From Myxococcota bacterium (GTDB taxonomy: Bacteria; Myxococcota_A; UBA796; GCA-2862545): a DNA stretch of 64,000 nt. A program made the position numbers and the translations under genes. Numbering within the stretch: position 1 is the first letter of the stretch; each line of letters starts with the position of its first letter. This document shows positions 1 to 10,391 of the stretch, piece after piece. The stretch lies in NCBI GenBank assembly GCA_039208735.1, contig JBCCQY010000028.1, forward strand, positions 1 through 64,000, in the 5' to 3' direction. The notes beneath the pieces are model-generated. The model saw nothing but the letters and a program-made list of their open reading frames with translations, was not told where the DNA came from and did not search any database.

Positions 1-1936
1 CCTCTGCCATCCAGGCCGGCCGCAACAACTCCTCGCTGATCGGGGTGAACGGGAGCCACTGAATGCCGTGGATGAACTCGGGACGGTTGCCGAAAAACGT
101 CGTGTACTCAGCTCGACGGTCGAAGAGGATGCCCACGACATGCTGGCTTGCGAAGGGCTCGGGGTAGATGGCGCTGCCACGTTCGATCTGCCAGTAGGTC
201 TGCGCCGCACGCATTTCGAGTCCGAGCATGAGCCGCCCGAGATCGCGGAGCCGATCGTCATCCTTGACCTCGCCCCACAGTGCGATCGCGTAGTAGGCGT
301 TGACCGCCTCGGACGTCGACTCGTGATTGCGATCGAAGTCGAAGAGGCCCGCCGCCCAACTGTGCCCCGTGTACCAATCTTTGCTTCGGGCGACCGTGTA
401 GTGTGGATCGGAGGGGGTGGGATTGGCGTAATCCCGCACGAGGTGGTCGACGGGGTCGCCCCAATCCGCAATCCAATCCCGGTCGCCCTCGGCCACCGCG
501 GCCGCCGCGTACACATGGTAGCCGTAATGGAAGTGATGGTCGTTGTAGTAGCCCTGTCCAAAGGCGGCCCCGGGGTTGTCGAGGCCCGATGCGACGACCA
601 CGCCTCCCCAAGTGGTGTCATAGACCAGCGGGTCGCTGTTCGTCCCATCGAGCCAGGGTTCGAGGGCTCCCCGCAAGTTTGTGCGGTATTGATCGGCCAG
701 TGAGGCTTCACCAAGTTCGTCGGCAATGAGCGCGAGCCGACCCAGCCGAGCCAGTTCCTTGCCTCCGAAGTACGGATCTTGACTCGGCACGCCAAGCCCC
801 GTGTCGCCCTGCAAAGCACTTCGAACGTCCTCGATGCGGTCGGGTGCGATGCCGGACGGCGCCCGAAAGCCAATGGTGCTCAGGGGTTCGACCATCGTCC
901 ATTCATCGCCCACGACCCCGACCATCTCGCCCCGAAGCGTCGGAAACGTCAGCCCAGGCTCCGTCACGCCGGTGAGCACCGGGGCATGGTGAGGCAATCG
1001 CATCATGAGCAGATCGCCAGTTCCCTCCGTGTCCCAATCAAAGACCAGGCGCGCTTCATCGCCCGTTGCGGTGGCCTCGACTGCCCCTCCCACCGGGATC
1101 CGTGACGCATGGGCATCGAGGACCGACGCCGTGTCAGGGGTGCTCACCGCGGCGCGAAGGCTTCCCGTAAAGGCGCCGCTCGCAAGAAGGGTATTGGCCG
1201 TCACATCAAGCGTGATCTCGGACGACGCGTAGATCACCCAAGTCTCATCACCAAGAGACAGCGAAAAGCGCGTATCGGTCACGATCTGCGGCACCGCCTG
1301 ACCGTTGACCGATTGAATGGCCCGACCGGTGATCACCACCGGCACATGCCCTGCGTACTGTGCAGTGACGTACGGCATGCCGCGCACGAGCGGAGTGGTC
1401 AGGGTGCTTCCGTCCGGGGCCGTCCATCGAAGCGTGACGGATAGAGAGTCATGGGCCACGACTTGGCGCGACCCTAACGGGCCCTGGGCCCCAAACGTCA
1501 GATCCGTCTCATAGGGCAGGGACACCACAACGTCGCTGGCCGTTGCGGTGTCGAACGAAACCTGCAAGCCCGGCGCATCCGCCCGCACTTGGTACGGCAT
1601 CGGGTAAACCACGGCCGTTCCGGCTCCGAGGACGAGCCGCTGCCACCAGGCGTTCGTGGGCAACGGGCCCTTTGAATCGGCCCACAAACCACCGGGGGCT
1701 TGGGGATGCGTGCGAGTGGGCCACGGTGGCGCCGTGGTCGACACCGGATCGCTCAACAAGCTCACGGCGGGGGCGGGGGTTCCGGTCTCGGTGGGGTCCA
1801 TCACCGTGTCGGTGCCGGTGCTCCCGGTACTCCCCGTTTCCACCGGCGGACTCGTCGGGGCGGGATCGTCGGGACAGCCGAACAAAGCCGCCGCAGTGAA
1901 CAGACAAAGGACAGAGCGAGCGAGAGTGGCGTTCAT
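1..1936 (-). CDS. Glycoside hydrolase family 81 endo-beta-1,3-glucanase, lipoprotein (runs off window start)
   Basis: Not in the ORF track. Manual minus-strand translation of segments from ATG 1936, in the same frame as the window-start segment, gives MNATLARSVLCLFTAAALFGC (lipobox), a P/T-rich linker and GH81-type motifs PLPTNAWW, FGQGYYNDHHFHYGYH, GHSWAAG...NHESTSEAVNAYY and EFIHGIQWLPFTP. Confidence 0.88.
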   Translation of the reverse strand, partial: MNATLARSVLCLFTAAALFGCPDDPAPTSPPVETGSTGSTGTDTVMDPTETGTPAPAVSLLSDPVSTTAPPWPTRTHPQAPGGLWADSKGPLPTNAWWQRLVLGAGTAVVYPMPYQVRADAPGLQVSFDTATASDVVVSLPYETDLTFGAQGPLGSRQVVAHDSLSVTLRWTAPDGSTLTTPLVRGMPYVTAQYAGHVPVVITGRAIQSVNGQAVPQIVTDTRFSLSLGDETWVIYASSEITLDVTANTLLASGAFTGSLRAAVSTPDTASVLDAHASRIPVGGAVEATATGDEARLVFDWDTEGTGDLLMMRLPHHAPVLTGVTEPGLTFPTLRGEMVGVVGDEWTMVEPLSTIGFRAPSGIAPDRIEDVRSALQGDTGLGVPSQDPYFGGKELARLGRLALIADELGEASLADQYRTNLRGALEPWLDGTNSDPLVYDTTWGGVVVASGLDNPGAAFGQGYYNDHHFHYGYHVYAAAAVAEGDRDWIADWGDPVDHLVRDYANPTPSDPHYTVARSKDWYTGHSWAAGLFDFDRNHESTSEAVNAYYAIALWGEVKDDDRLRDLGRLMLGLEMRAAQTYWQIERGSAIYPEPFASQHVVGILFDRRAEYTTFFGNRPEFIHGIQWLPFTPISEELLRPAWMAE

Positions 1937-2049
1937 GGAGGTCCTGGGTCCGACGGGAACCCGGGAGATAACGTTTGGCGCTGGTCCATGGCAGGCGTCG
2001 CGAGACCGCAGACCGGTTAGCCTCGCGTCGCGGAGTGGTGGAGGTCGAC

Positions 2050-2712
2050 GTGACGACGAGGCAACTCGGGTTCCTTTCGCTGTGGTTCGTGGCCTGCACT
2101 CCTGAGCCCCTCGATCCGTTTGGTCAAGCCATGGAGGTTGAGGAGACGGGTGTTCCGATGGTCGAGAACACCCCGTGCGGCCCGTGCGGTACCGGAACCG
2201 TCGACAGCACGGGTGCCTGCTTCGGCGCACTGGCCACGCCGGCGGAGAACCTGGTCGAGAACGCAGGTAGCATCGAAGCCTCCACCGTGTTCGACGACAA
2301 CCTCGACCTGTACGGGCCCGAACTCGCGCGCGACGGTGACCGTGGCACGTCGTGGTTCTCAGCCGGTCCCGTGGACAGCACCTCGGTCTTGACCTGGCGT
2401 TCGCCACGGGAGGACTGCCTCGTCGGGGTGCGGATTCTCAACAACCGCCAACACGAAAACACCGACTTTCAGGAGGGCTTCGGCTTTGGACAGGCCGTGG
2501 TCCGATTGTTTCGGGTAGGAGCTGCGATGCCCGCCTTCGAGACCACCGTCGACCTGTCCGCCACCCCCGATCCCGATGTCGAGATCGTGGTCGAGTCCTC
2601 CGACGGTGAGCCTGGGGTCTATGCCAACCGGCTCGAGATTGCGTTTTCGGGTCACGAAGACCCAACGTGTGGGGGTATCTCGGAGGTTGGCGTTTCCGCC
2701 CTCTTCGACTGA
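2050..2712 (+). CDS. Lipoprotein with discoidin/F5-8 type C-like (CBM32-like) domain
   Basis: GTG start after GGAGG; MTTRQLGFLSLWFVAC lipobox; ASTVF...YGPELARDGDRGTSWFS pattern typical of discoidin-like domains. Confidence 0.6.
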   Translation: MTTRQLGFLSLWFVACTPEPLDPFGQAMEVEETGVPMVENTPCGPCGTGTVDSTGACFGALATPAENLVENAGSIEASTVFDDNLDLYGPELARDGDRGTSWFSAGPVDSTSVLTWRSPREDCLVGVRILNNRQHENTDFQEGFGFGQAVVRLFRVGAAMPAFETTVDLSATPDPDVEIVVESSDGEPGVYANRLEIAFSGHEDPTCGGISEVGVSALFD

Positions 2713-2730
2713 CAGCCCGGGAGAGCGGTC

Positions 2731-4002
2731 ATGACGTTCGGCTTCCTCATTGCGGCAACCGCCTCGGGCGTCGAGCCTTGCTACGGCTGGACCTTTCCGA
2801 CCGTCGTCGAAGGCGACCGCGTGTCGGTCGAATACGACAAGGCCATCACAAACGAGACGATTGCCCAGCGCATTCTCGATGCGACGGAATCGGCTTGGAC
2901 GACGTACGAAGGCCTGGGGTTCTTGCCTCCGGTGGGAGCACCCGCGTTTTCGCTCGAAGCAGACCCCCTTGGGCGTGGGGGATTCGCGGTGACCGAGCTT
3001 TGCGATGGCATGCATCACGCCAAGCTCTTCGTCTACGAAGGCTCCCTCAACAACAAGAGCGGTCGTCCGGTCGCCGTGCATGAACTCTTCCACGCCGTGC
3101 AATACGCCTACGACCCCCAGATGCCCTACGTCGAGCACTTCGCGAGGTGGCCATGGTGGGCCGAGGGCACCGCCACGTGGGCCGAGGCCCAAGCCCAAGC
3201 CAATCCTCGCAGCCATCTCGGCGCCCTCGCCAACCACCTGGAACTCGGGCACCTCGCCCTCCACCAGGATGTCACGGCGTTGGTCGATCCACAGCGCTCT
3301 GACTTCCTCTACAGCACCGCAATGCTGGCGTTCACCCTCGAGGCCCGCGAGGGGGCCCGGGCCATCGCAGACACCTTCAACATCGCCGCTCAGACCCCAG
3401 GGGAGCGCGCCTGGTTTCCCGATGTGGTCGAGGACCTCGACATCGACTTCGATGCGTTGTGGGCGGATCATTTGCGTCGTTTGCCCACGGTCGACCACAC
3501 GTTTGGATCGGACCTGGGCGTGCGGCCTGACCCCGTCTCAACGATTCAGGAGGTTCCAGGAACGGCAGGGGCGGATCCTGACCGGCCTCCCCAGGGCCTA
3601 GGGTGGGCGATTCATCGGCTTCAGCCGAGCAACGTCGCCGAAGGCGATCCGATCGAGGTGTCGTTCACCGGAGCCTCGGACGCCCGTTGGCATGTCGTCG
3701 TGGTCACCGCCAACCGCATCCGAGCCGGTGCGTCCTCTACCCTGGCGTTCGATGCCCGCACCGACGGCGATGCGCCCATCACTCACACCCTGAACTACCA
3801 AAACCCTATGTGGATCGTGGTCTCGCCCGAGGCCGACGACACCGATGGCTTCGACTACACGGTCTCCCTCAAGGCGACCGCGGAAGGGCCGGCCGAGGCC
3901 TGTGGCTGCACCACGGGCCCCTCCGGAACGGCGTTCGGACTGCTTCTCATCGTCGGCGTTGTGGTTCGTCGCACGCCACATCGAGGCGCTCCCCATGGCT
4001 GA
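2731..4002 (+). CDS. Secreted zinc metallopeptidase-like protein with MYXO-CTERM-like tail
   Basis: HELFHAVQ (HExxH) followed by WWAEGTA; C-terminus CGCTTG...FGLLLIVGVVVRR. Confidence 0.7.
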   Translation: MTFGFLIAATASGVEPCYGWTFPTVVEGDRVSVEYDKAITNETIAQRILDATESAWTTYEGLGFLPPVGAPAFSLEADPLGRGGFAVTELCDGMHHAKLFVYEGSLNNKSGRPVAVHELFHAVQYAYDPQMPYVEHFARWPWWAEGTATWAEAQAQANPRSHLGALANHLELGHLALHQDVTALVDPQRSDFLYSTAMLAFTLEAREGARAIADTFNIAAQTPGERAWFPDVVEDLDIDFDALWADHLRRLPTVDHTFGSDLGVRPDPVSTIQEVPGTAGADPDRPPQGLGWAIHRLQPSNVAEGDPIEVSFTGASDARWHVVVVTANRIRAGASSTLAFDARTDGDAPITHTLNYQNPMWIVVSPEADDTDGFDYTVSLKATAEGPAEACGCTTGPSGTAFGLLLIVGVVVRRTPHRGAPHG

Positions 4003-4025
4003 AGCGACCACGTTACGCAGGCCCG

Positions 4026-5441
4026 ATGGACCTCCGACCCATCGACGATCCCGACGTTCTCGCCGGCTACCTCACGGACGCCAGCAACGTCCCTGGCCAC
4101 GCCGAAGGACTATTCCGTCCTCGGACCACCGAAGAGGTGGCCGACATCGTCCGACACTGCCAGCAGGCGGGCACTCCGCTCACGGTGACCGCAGCCCGCA
4201 CCTCGACCACGGCCGCGGCCGTCCCCCAGGGGGGGCTCCTCCTTTCCATGGAGGGATTGACCGAGCTGGGTCCAATCACCGAGACCCATGCAACGGCCCA
4301 AGCAGGACTTCGGCTCGGCGAATTCCAGACGGCCATCGAACAGACGGGACGGTTTTACCCACCCGACCCCACCTCCCGGCACGACTGCACGCTTGGCGCC
4401 TCCATCGCCTGCAACGCGAGTGGGGCCCGCAGCTTTCGCTACGGGGCTACGCGGAAGTGGGTCGAGGCCCTCACCGTGGTCCTGCCAACGGGGCTTGTAC
4501 GGCGCTTCACCCGAGGCGACCCGGTCCCCGTTGATTGGCCCATCCCCAAATGGCCGGTCCCACCCATCAAGACCTCGGCCGGCTACGAGCCTCCACGCGA
4601 CGCCGTAGACCTGTTCGTCGGCCAAGAGGGTACGCTGGGCATCATCACCGAGGCCACGGTTCGCCTCACGGACCTCCCCACCGACGTAGTGGGACTCGTG
4701 GCCTTCTTCGAAGATCGAGAATCTGTGGTGCGGTTCGTCGAGCATGCACGCGCTCACGCCAGGGCCAACGCAAAAGGCCCCCTGTCGCCTCGAGCCCTCG
4801 AATACCTCGACCAGCACTGCCTCGACTTCGTGCGACAAGCCGACGTGGAGGTGCCTCCAAACGCCCGCGCAGCGCTGTTTTGTGAGCAGGAAATCACGCT
4901 CGACGACACCGTCCATCTCGAAGCGTGGCTCGAGGCCCTCGCCGAGCACGATGCCTTGGTCGACGACACCCTGCTTGCGACCGACGAACCTTCGAGAGTT
5001 CGGCTCCATCGACTGCGTCACGCGATTCCCGCCGGCATCAACGAGCGCATCGTACGCAACGGGATGCCCAAGGTGGGCACCGATCTTGCGGTCCCCGACG
5101 ACGGGCTCTCCGCCATGATGGAGGCCTACGAAGCAAGCCCTATCGAGCATGTGTTGTTCGGCCACATTGGCGACAACCACCTCCACCTCAATCTGTTGCC
5201 CAAGACCAACGAGGAGCTGACGACCGCCCGCGCCTTCTACGATGACCTCGCGAAACAGGCGTTGTCACTTGGCGGGACGGTGAGCGCCGAGCACGGAATC
5301 GGCAAACTCAAGCGCCGCCAGTTGGCGTGGATGGTCGGACCCCACGTCATGGCGCAGTTCCGGGCCCTCAAGCAGCACCTTGATCCTGCCGAAGTCCTAG
5401 GACGAGGCAATGTGTTAGTCAGCCCGAACGAACAGGTGTAA
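4026..5441 (+). CDS. FAD-binding oxidoreductase (GlcD/D-lactate dehydrogenase-like)
   Basis: YPPDPTS, TLGASIACNASG, LFVGQEGTLGIITEAT, GHIGDNHLH and GTVSAEHGIG motifs; ATG 4026 is in the frame of ORF 3603..5441. Confidence 0.85.
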   Translation: MDLRPIDDPDVLAGYLTDASNVPGHAEGLFRPRTTEEVADIVRHCQQAGTPLTVTAARTSTTAAAVPQGGLLLSMEGLTELGPITETHATAQAGLRLGEFQTAIEQTGRFYPPDPTSRHDCTLGASIACNASGARSFRYGATRKWVEALTVVLPTGLVRRFTRGDPVPVDWPIPKWPVPPIKTSAGYEPPRDAVDLFVGQEGTLGIITEATVRLTDLPTDVVGLVAFFEDRESVVRFVEHARAHARANAKGPLSPRALEYLDQHCLDFVRQADVEVPPNARAALFCEQEITLDDTVHLEAWLEALAEHDALVDDTLLATDEPSRVRLHRLRHAIPAGINERIVRNGMPKVGTDLAVPDDGLSAMMEAYEASPIEHVLFGHIGDNHLHLNLLPKTNEELTTARAFYDDLAKQALSLGGTVSAEHGIGKLKRRQLAWMVGPHVMAQFRALKQHLDPAEVLGRGNVLVSPNEQV

Positions 5442-5461
5442 GGCACGAGGCCCCGCGTCCG

Positions 5462-6067
5462 TTGGAGCGATGGGTGAACGGAAAAGCTCCCCAGTCCCGC
5501 ACCAATGACGACCTCGTCCCTCTCCCGGAGGAACGCGTGGTGATCACGCGTCTGCAACAAGGTGACCGCGCAGCGTTCGCGACGCTCTACGAGTGGTATG
5601 GCGATCTCGTGTACCGCCAAGCCATCCTCCCTCGACTGCCCAATCCCGAACTCGCCGAAGACTGCCTTCGCGAAACGTTCCGGACGGCGCTCGAGAAAAT
5701 CGGGTCGTTCCGCATCGAGAACCGGTCCATCTTCTTTTGGCTTCGCCGCATCGCGATCAACAAAGCCATCGACATCCATCGCCGACGGCAGCGAGACCAG
5801 CGGCTGGCCGATGCGGTTCATCAAGAACCCGAGATGCGTCCGACCCCTGAGCGTCCCGACCGTCAGCTTGAAACCGAAGATGTACGACGACATGTCGAGC
5901 GGGCCCTCGAAAACATGAACGCGCGTTACGCGCGGGCGTTACGCCTCCGCCTCCTCGAAGACCGAAGTCGTGAGGAGTGTGCAGACGAAATGGGAGTGAC
6001 GGTCGGGAACTTCGACGTCATCCTGCACCGTGCCGCCAAGGCCTTTCGCAAGGTGTACGACGAATGA
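5462..6067 (+). CDS. ECF RNA polymerase sigma factor (sigma-70 family)
   Basis: GDRAAFATLY, AEDCLRETF, WLRRIAINKAID (region 2) and a C-terminal region-4 HTH. Confidence 0.88.
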   Translation: MERWVNGKAPQSRTNDDLVPLPEERVVITRLQQGDRAAFATLYEWYGDLVYRQAILPRLPNPELAEDCLRETFRTALEKIGSFRIENRSIFFWLRRIAINKAIDIHRRRQRDQRLADAVHQEPEMRPTPERPDRQLETEDVRRHVERALENMNARYARALRLRLLEDRSREECADEMGVTVGNFDVILHRAAKAFRKVYDE

Positions 6068-7317
6068 GCCACGACGAAGACCAGGCCAAGCAGCTTGCCC
6101 GGTTCTTGGAGTCGGGCTCCCACGATGATGCCGTCGGGATCGACGACGACGTGAAGCATGCCATCTTCGCGCTTCGACCTGACTTGGCGCCTGCACCCCG
6201 CGTCACCGTAGACAACATTCTCAGTTCGGTGACCCGCGGGCCGTTGGCTCCCGACGATCTGTCGGCCACACCTGCATCGCTTCGTTCGCGAGAAGGCGCC
6301 GAAGTCGTGATGTTTCCAGGGGCCGAGGAGTCTCCGGCGGCAGCCGACGATGCATCGACGGTCCACGGAGATGCGTCCCCCAAATCCAGCCCTCCCCGTC
6401 GCGGACGCTGGGCATGGCTCGGCGGCACCTCAGGGGTTGGCTTGGCGTTGGCGGCGGCTGCAACCTTGTTTCTCGTGAGCCGGCCGGTCATCGAGGAGGC
6501 GGTCGAGTCCCCGACGTCGGTGGCCAGCGCGCCTACCGAGGAGGCCGGCAAGAGAGAGGCGGAGTTCGAGCCCGTCGTCGAAGACAAACAGGCCGAACCC
6601 CAGGCCGCGGCCGAGACGAAGCGCCAGCGCGCGCCTGTCGTCCAGCGTACGCGAAAGGCCGTGCCCTCGGCTCCCGCGGCCGAACCTCAAACCTACAGCT
6701 ACGACGCGCTCGAATTGTCCGAAGCCGCTCCCGAAGAACTCGTGGCGCGACGTTCGGTCGAGCCTCAGCGCCCCACCACCCGCCAAGACCGGTACGTCCG
6801 GTCCGAAGACCTGTCGATCGGCAATGAAGCCAACGATGAGGGCGACGTGGCCATCCCCGAGGTCACCACGACGGCAGACGACAAGGCGTTGCCATCGACC
6901 GAACTCGACCGTCTCCGGGGCCTCGCACGGCCGAACGACCGGGTCCCCAACGCTTGGCGTGCCGATCTCACGCCGGCCCGACTCGCGAACGTCGACAGCG
7001 CGTTGGCGACCGCGGACACCGCACGCAAGGCCGGCGACCCGATTCGAGCCGCCGATGAGATCGCCGACCTGACGACCCGCCCACCCGCACGTGCCGCACA
7101 GCATCTCGCCGCCATTGCAGCCGCTGACTACCTCACAGGCAAGCGACCGGGGCAGGCCGAAGCCACCATCCGTCGCGCGCTCGCCCTTAGCCAAGCCAAC
7201 ACGCCCGAACGATCCCAATTGCTCTACCTTCTGGGCCTCACCCTCGAAGCCCGTGGAGAGGTGCAAGCCGCCACCGATGCCTTTGCCGAGGCCGAGAGAG
7301 CCAACGCGGGTCGGTGA
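6064..7317 (+). CDS. Putative anti-sigma factor: membrane protein with C-terminal TPR-like helices
   Basis: ATGA overlap with the sigma stop; single TM (GVGLALAAAATLFLV); low-complexity linker; helical repeats. Confidence 0.6.
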   Translation: MSHDEDQAKQLARFLESGSHDDAVGIDDDVKHAIFALRPDLAPAPRVTVDNILSSVTRGPLAPDDLSATPASLRSREGAEVVMFPGAEESPAAADDASTVHGDASPKSSPPRRGRWAWLGGTSGVGLALAAAATLFLVSRPVIEEAVESPTSVASAPTEEAGKREAEFEPVVEDKQAEPQAAAETKRQRAPVVQRTRKAVPSAPAAEPQTYSYDALELSEAAPEELVARRSVEPQRPTTRQDRYVRSEDLSIGNEANDEGDVAIPEVTTTADDKALPSTELDRLRGLARPNDRVPNAWRADLTPARLANVDSALATADTARKAGDPIRAADEIADLTTRPPARAAQHLAAIAAADYLTGKRPGQAEATIRRALALSQANTPERSQLLYLLGLTLEARGEVQAATDAFAEAERANAGR

Positions 7318-7350
7318 GCTTCGTGCGGATCGGTTGGTTACTACGCGGCC

Positions 7351-8196
7351 ATGCCGTTTCCACCTGCGATTGCGCGAATGTTGTCGTCAGCCATCGGGGG
7401 TGCAGAAGTTCGGGATCGGGCCGAACGCCTGCATTTTCGTGATGCGGGCCATGGCTACGACTCGTTCGGAATGCACCCCGACTTTGTCGCCATGGGCGAT
7501 GCGCTTACGGGGCCGCTGCATCGGCGCTACTTCCGCGTAAAGTCCTACGGGGTTGAGCATGTCCCCGCCGAAGGGTCCGCGATTCTGGCTGCCAACCATT
7601 CGGGGACGCTGCCCGTCGACGGGATGATGCTGTGGGCCGATGTCTTGCAAAAGACCGACCCTCCTCGAAACGCACGCGCGGTCGCCGACTACTTCGTGTC
7701 CACACTGCCGATCGTGAGCACGCTGTTCGCCCGATGCGGCGTGGTGACGGGCAGTCGGGGCAACGCTCGCGCCCTGCTCGAGGCGGGCGAGTTGCTCATC
7801 ATCTTCCCCGAAGGCACGCCGGGCATTGGCAAGCCGTTCTCCCACCGCTACCAACTCCAAGACTGGCGTGTAGGTCACTGCGAATTGGCCATCCGGCACC
7901 GTGCTCCCGTCGTGCCCGTCGCCATTGTCGGCGCTGAAGAGCAGATGCCCCAGGTGGCCCGCATTCCGCTGCCCAAGGTCTCGCCCGTACCCTACCTGCC
8001 GGTGCCAGCCACGCCCCTCCCGCTGCCGGTGCGCTACCACATCTACTATGGCGAGCCCCTGCGGTTTGATCAGGAGTACGAGCCTCGTGACGCCGACGAC
8101 CCCGACTTGGTGCGCAATGCGGCACTGCGGGTTCGCGATGCGGTCCAGGCCCTGATCAACCAAGGCCTCGAACAGCGCGAGGGCATCTTCCGATGA
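7351..8196 (+). CDS. Lysophospholipid acyltransferase family protein (PlsC-like)
   Basis: ANHSGTLPVDG and IFPEGTPG motifs. Confidence 0.85.
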   Translation: MPFPPAIARMLSSAIGGAEVRDRAERLHFRDAGHGYDSFGMHPDFVAMGDALTGPLHRRYFRVKSYGVEHVPAEGSAILAANHSGTLPVDGMMLWADVLQKTDPPRNARAVADYFVSTLPIVSTLFARCGVVTGSRGNARALLEAGELLIIFPEGTPGIGKPFSHRYQLQDWRVGHCELAIRHRAPVVPVAIVGAEEQMPQVARIPLPKVSPVPYLPVPATPLPLPVRYHIYYGEPLRFDQEYEPRDADDPDLVRNAALRVRDAVQALINQGLEQREGIFR

Positions 8197-9164
8197 TTTC
8201 GGTCCTCGTGACGGGCGCAACGACAGCCATCGGCGAGCGCCTGGTCCGTTCCTTGGTGGCCGACACTCGGGTCAAGCACGTGCTGGCCGTGGCCAAAGAA
8301 TCCGAGGAGCGGGCCCTTCCCTTTTCGCATGGCAAGCGGCTGACCTACCTTTCGGTAGACCTCGCGCGAGGTCGCAAGGTTCGAGAGCTGTTGTTTGGAC
8401 CGGCTCGGGACCTCGGCTGCGAAGTGGTCGTGCACCTCGACCAAGCGCGGTCCGCCCGAGCCCAAGGCAATCGGGTGCACCAACGGAACGTCGAGGCGCT
8501 TCGGTCCATCCTTTCGTTTGCCGACCGCCATCCCACCATTCGGCGGGTGGTCGTGCGCAGCTACGCCGTGGTCTACAAAGTCGCGATGCACTTGCCGGTG
8601 TTCGTCACCGAAGACCATCCTCTCAACCTGGAACCAGGAGCCCCTCAATACGTGCGTGACCGCGTCGAGGCCGACCTCACCGCGTGTGCTCGTATGGGCC
8701 TCATCAACGCCGAGATCGTGGTCCTTCGTTGTGCCGAGGCGTTGGGCCCAGGAACCGGTTCCCAGCTCTATGACTACCTCGATGCCTCGGTCGCCATCCG
8801 ACCCGCGGGCTTCGATCCGATGGTCAATGTGGCGACCGTGGCCGACATCGTTTCGGCCTTCGAGGCAGCCACGCACGGCAGCGGCGAGGGCGTGTTCAAC
8901 GTGCCCGGCTACGACACGCTGCCTCTGTCGGCCGCGGCGCGAAAGTGGGGCGTTACGGCCGTCCCTGCGCCTGGCCCCGCCGTTTCGATGCTCTACCGCG
9001 CCCGGAACCTCGTCAAGGGCTCGGAGTTCGACTACGGGCTAAATCGCCACAGCATGCATTACGGGCTGGTCCTGGACGGTACACGAGCGCGGGAAGTGCT
9101 TGGGTATGCGCCCCAGAATCCGGTAGACTGGCCCGTCGGGGGGCCTGTCCCGCAACGACCTTGA
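8193..9164 (+). CDS. NAD-dependent epimerase/dehydratase family protein
   Basis: N-terminal VLVTGATTAIG Rossmann motif; GVFNVPG; ATGA overlap with the acyltransferase. Confidence 0.8.
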   Translation: MISVLVTGATTAIGERLVRSLVADTRVKHVLAVAKESEERALPFSHGKRLTYLSVDLARGRKVRELLFGPARDLGCEVVVHLDQARSARAQGNRVHQRNVEALRSILSFADRHPTIRRVVVRSYAVVYKVAMHLPVFVTEDHPLNLEPGAPQYVRDRVEADLTACARMGLINAEIVVLRCAEALGPGTGSQLYDYLDASVAIRPAGFDPMVNVATVADIVSAFEAATHGSGEGVFNVPGYDTLPLSAAARKWGVTAVPAPGPAVSMLYRARNLVKGSEFDYGLNRHSMHYGLVLDGTRAREVLGYAPQNPVDWPVGGPVPQRP

Positions 9165-9171
9165 GGATGGC

Positions 9172-10371
9172 GTGGCGCGCTACGAGCGCATCGAAGGTAC
9201 AGCCCAGCGTTTCTGGGAAATCGAGATCGACGGGCGGCACGTCACCACCCGTTGGGGACGCCTCGGCCGGCATCCTCAGAGTCGAACCATCGAATGCCGT
9301 GACGAAACCACGGCCCAGCAACGGCGGGACACCCTCGTCCGACAGAAGCTCGCCAAGGGCTACGAACGGGTGGGAACGGAGCGCGGAGCCGAGCGGACGG
9401 GTCAGGGCAATCCTGAACTCGAGGCCGCCATCGCTCAGGATCCAGATGATCTCGATGCACGGCTCGTCTACGCCGACTGGTTGATGTCGCAAGACGCCAC
9501 GCTGGGCGAACTCATTGCGCTCGAGGTGCAACACGCCCGCACCGACGACGACGGACTCTTGAGCCGAATCGCACGATTGCGGGATCAATGTGCCGGTGAG
9601 GTCGCCGAACGACGCACGCTACGCTTGCGGTGGCGCTTGGGACTCATCCGAAGCGCAAGACTGTCGGTCATCGGCACGGGTTCGTCCCTCCTCGAACGCC
9701 TCTTTGCCCTTCCCGCAGCTCGAACGCTGACATCGATTCAACTCGAGACCCACCCCACCAAAAACCCAGCCCCTGATCGCATCGCGATGCTTCGGACCTT
9801 GGGCCGGCTGGCGGCCCCCCACCTGACCTCGGTGGCCCTAAAGCATCAGGGGCAAGAGGATGATGCCACCTTTGGGGACGCCGGAGCCTGGTGGACCGAT
9901 CTGCCCGCCTTCGACACCTTGCTTCTCTCGACGCGATCGGCGAGCCTGCCCCTCCCCACCGACCGCCTTAGGGTGTTCGGCTTTGACGCCCCCGCCGGGC
10001 CTTGGGACACCTCGTTGACCCAGCCCTGGCCGAACCTCGAGCACCTCGTGCTTGCCCGCACCTCGGTCCCGTTTGCCACCCACCTCCTCACGTCGCTCGT
10101 CGCTCCGGAACTGCACACGCTGGCCTTGCATCACCTCGATCTCGAATCGATCCCCTGGCGCCACATCCTGCGAGGGCCGGTGGGCGCGCGGCTACGAACC
10201 ATCGAATTGCTGGGTCTCGTTCCCTGGACGTTGCGAGGCGTGATGGACCGTCTGGGAGACCGGCTGCAGGTGCGATGGTGTGGAGGACGCGCCCCGCCTG
10301 CTGACGCCCGGCCCGAAGGCGCCCCGTGGCTGCAGATGGTCGTGAACCCACAGTATTCCGTTCCCTGGTAG
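9172..10371 (+). CDS. WGR domain + TIGR02996-like domain + LRR-like protein
   Basis: RFWEIE...TRWGRLG...KLAKGYE (WGR); LEAAIAQDPDDLDARLVYADWL...LGELIAL (TIGR02996-like); LxxLxL repeats. Confidence 0.8.
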   Translation: MARYERIEGTAQRFWEIEIDGRHVTTRWGRLGRHPQSRTIECRDETTAQQRRDTLVRQKLAKGYERVGTERGAERTGQGNPELEAAIAQDPDDLDARLVYADWLMSQDATLGELIALEVQHARTDDDGLLSRIARLRDQCAGEVAERRTLRLRWRLGLIRSARLSVIGTGSSLLERLFALPAARTLTSIQLETHPTKNPAPDRIAMLRTLGRLAAPHLTSVALKHQGQEDDATFGDAGAWWTDLPAFDTLLLSTRSASLPLPTDRLRVFGFDAPAGPWDTSLTQPWPNLEHLVLARTSVPFATHLLTSLVAPELHTLALHHLDLESIPWRHILRGPVGARLRTIELLGLVPWTLRGVMDRLGDRLQVRWCGGRAPPADARPEGAPWLQMVVNPQYSVPW

Positions 10372-10391
10372 CGCTTGTCGCGGAGGCCCCC

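Noticed and set aside
68..2105. Multiple short ORF-track calls at the window start
   Set aside because: All overlap the minus-strand GH81 gene, which has clear family motifs.
7351..9164. Acyltransferase + epimerase pair as a novel system
   Set aside because: A similar pairing is familiar from actinobacteria and myxobacteria.
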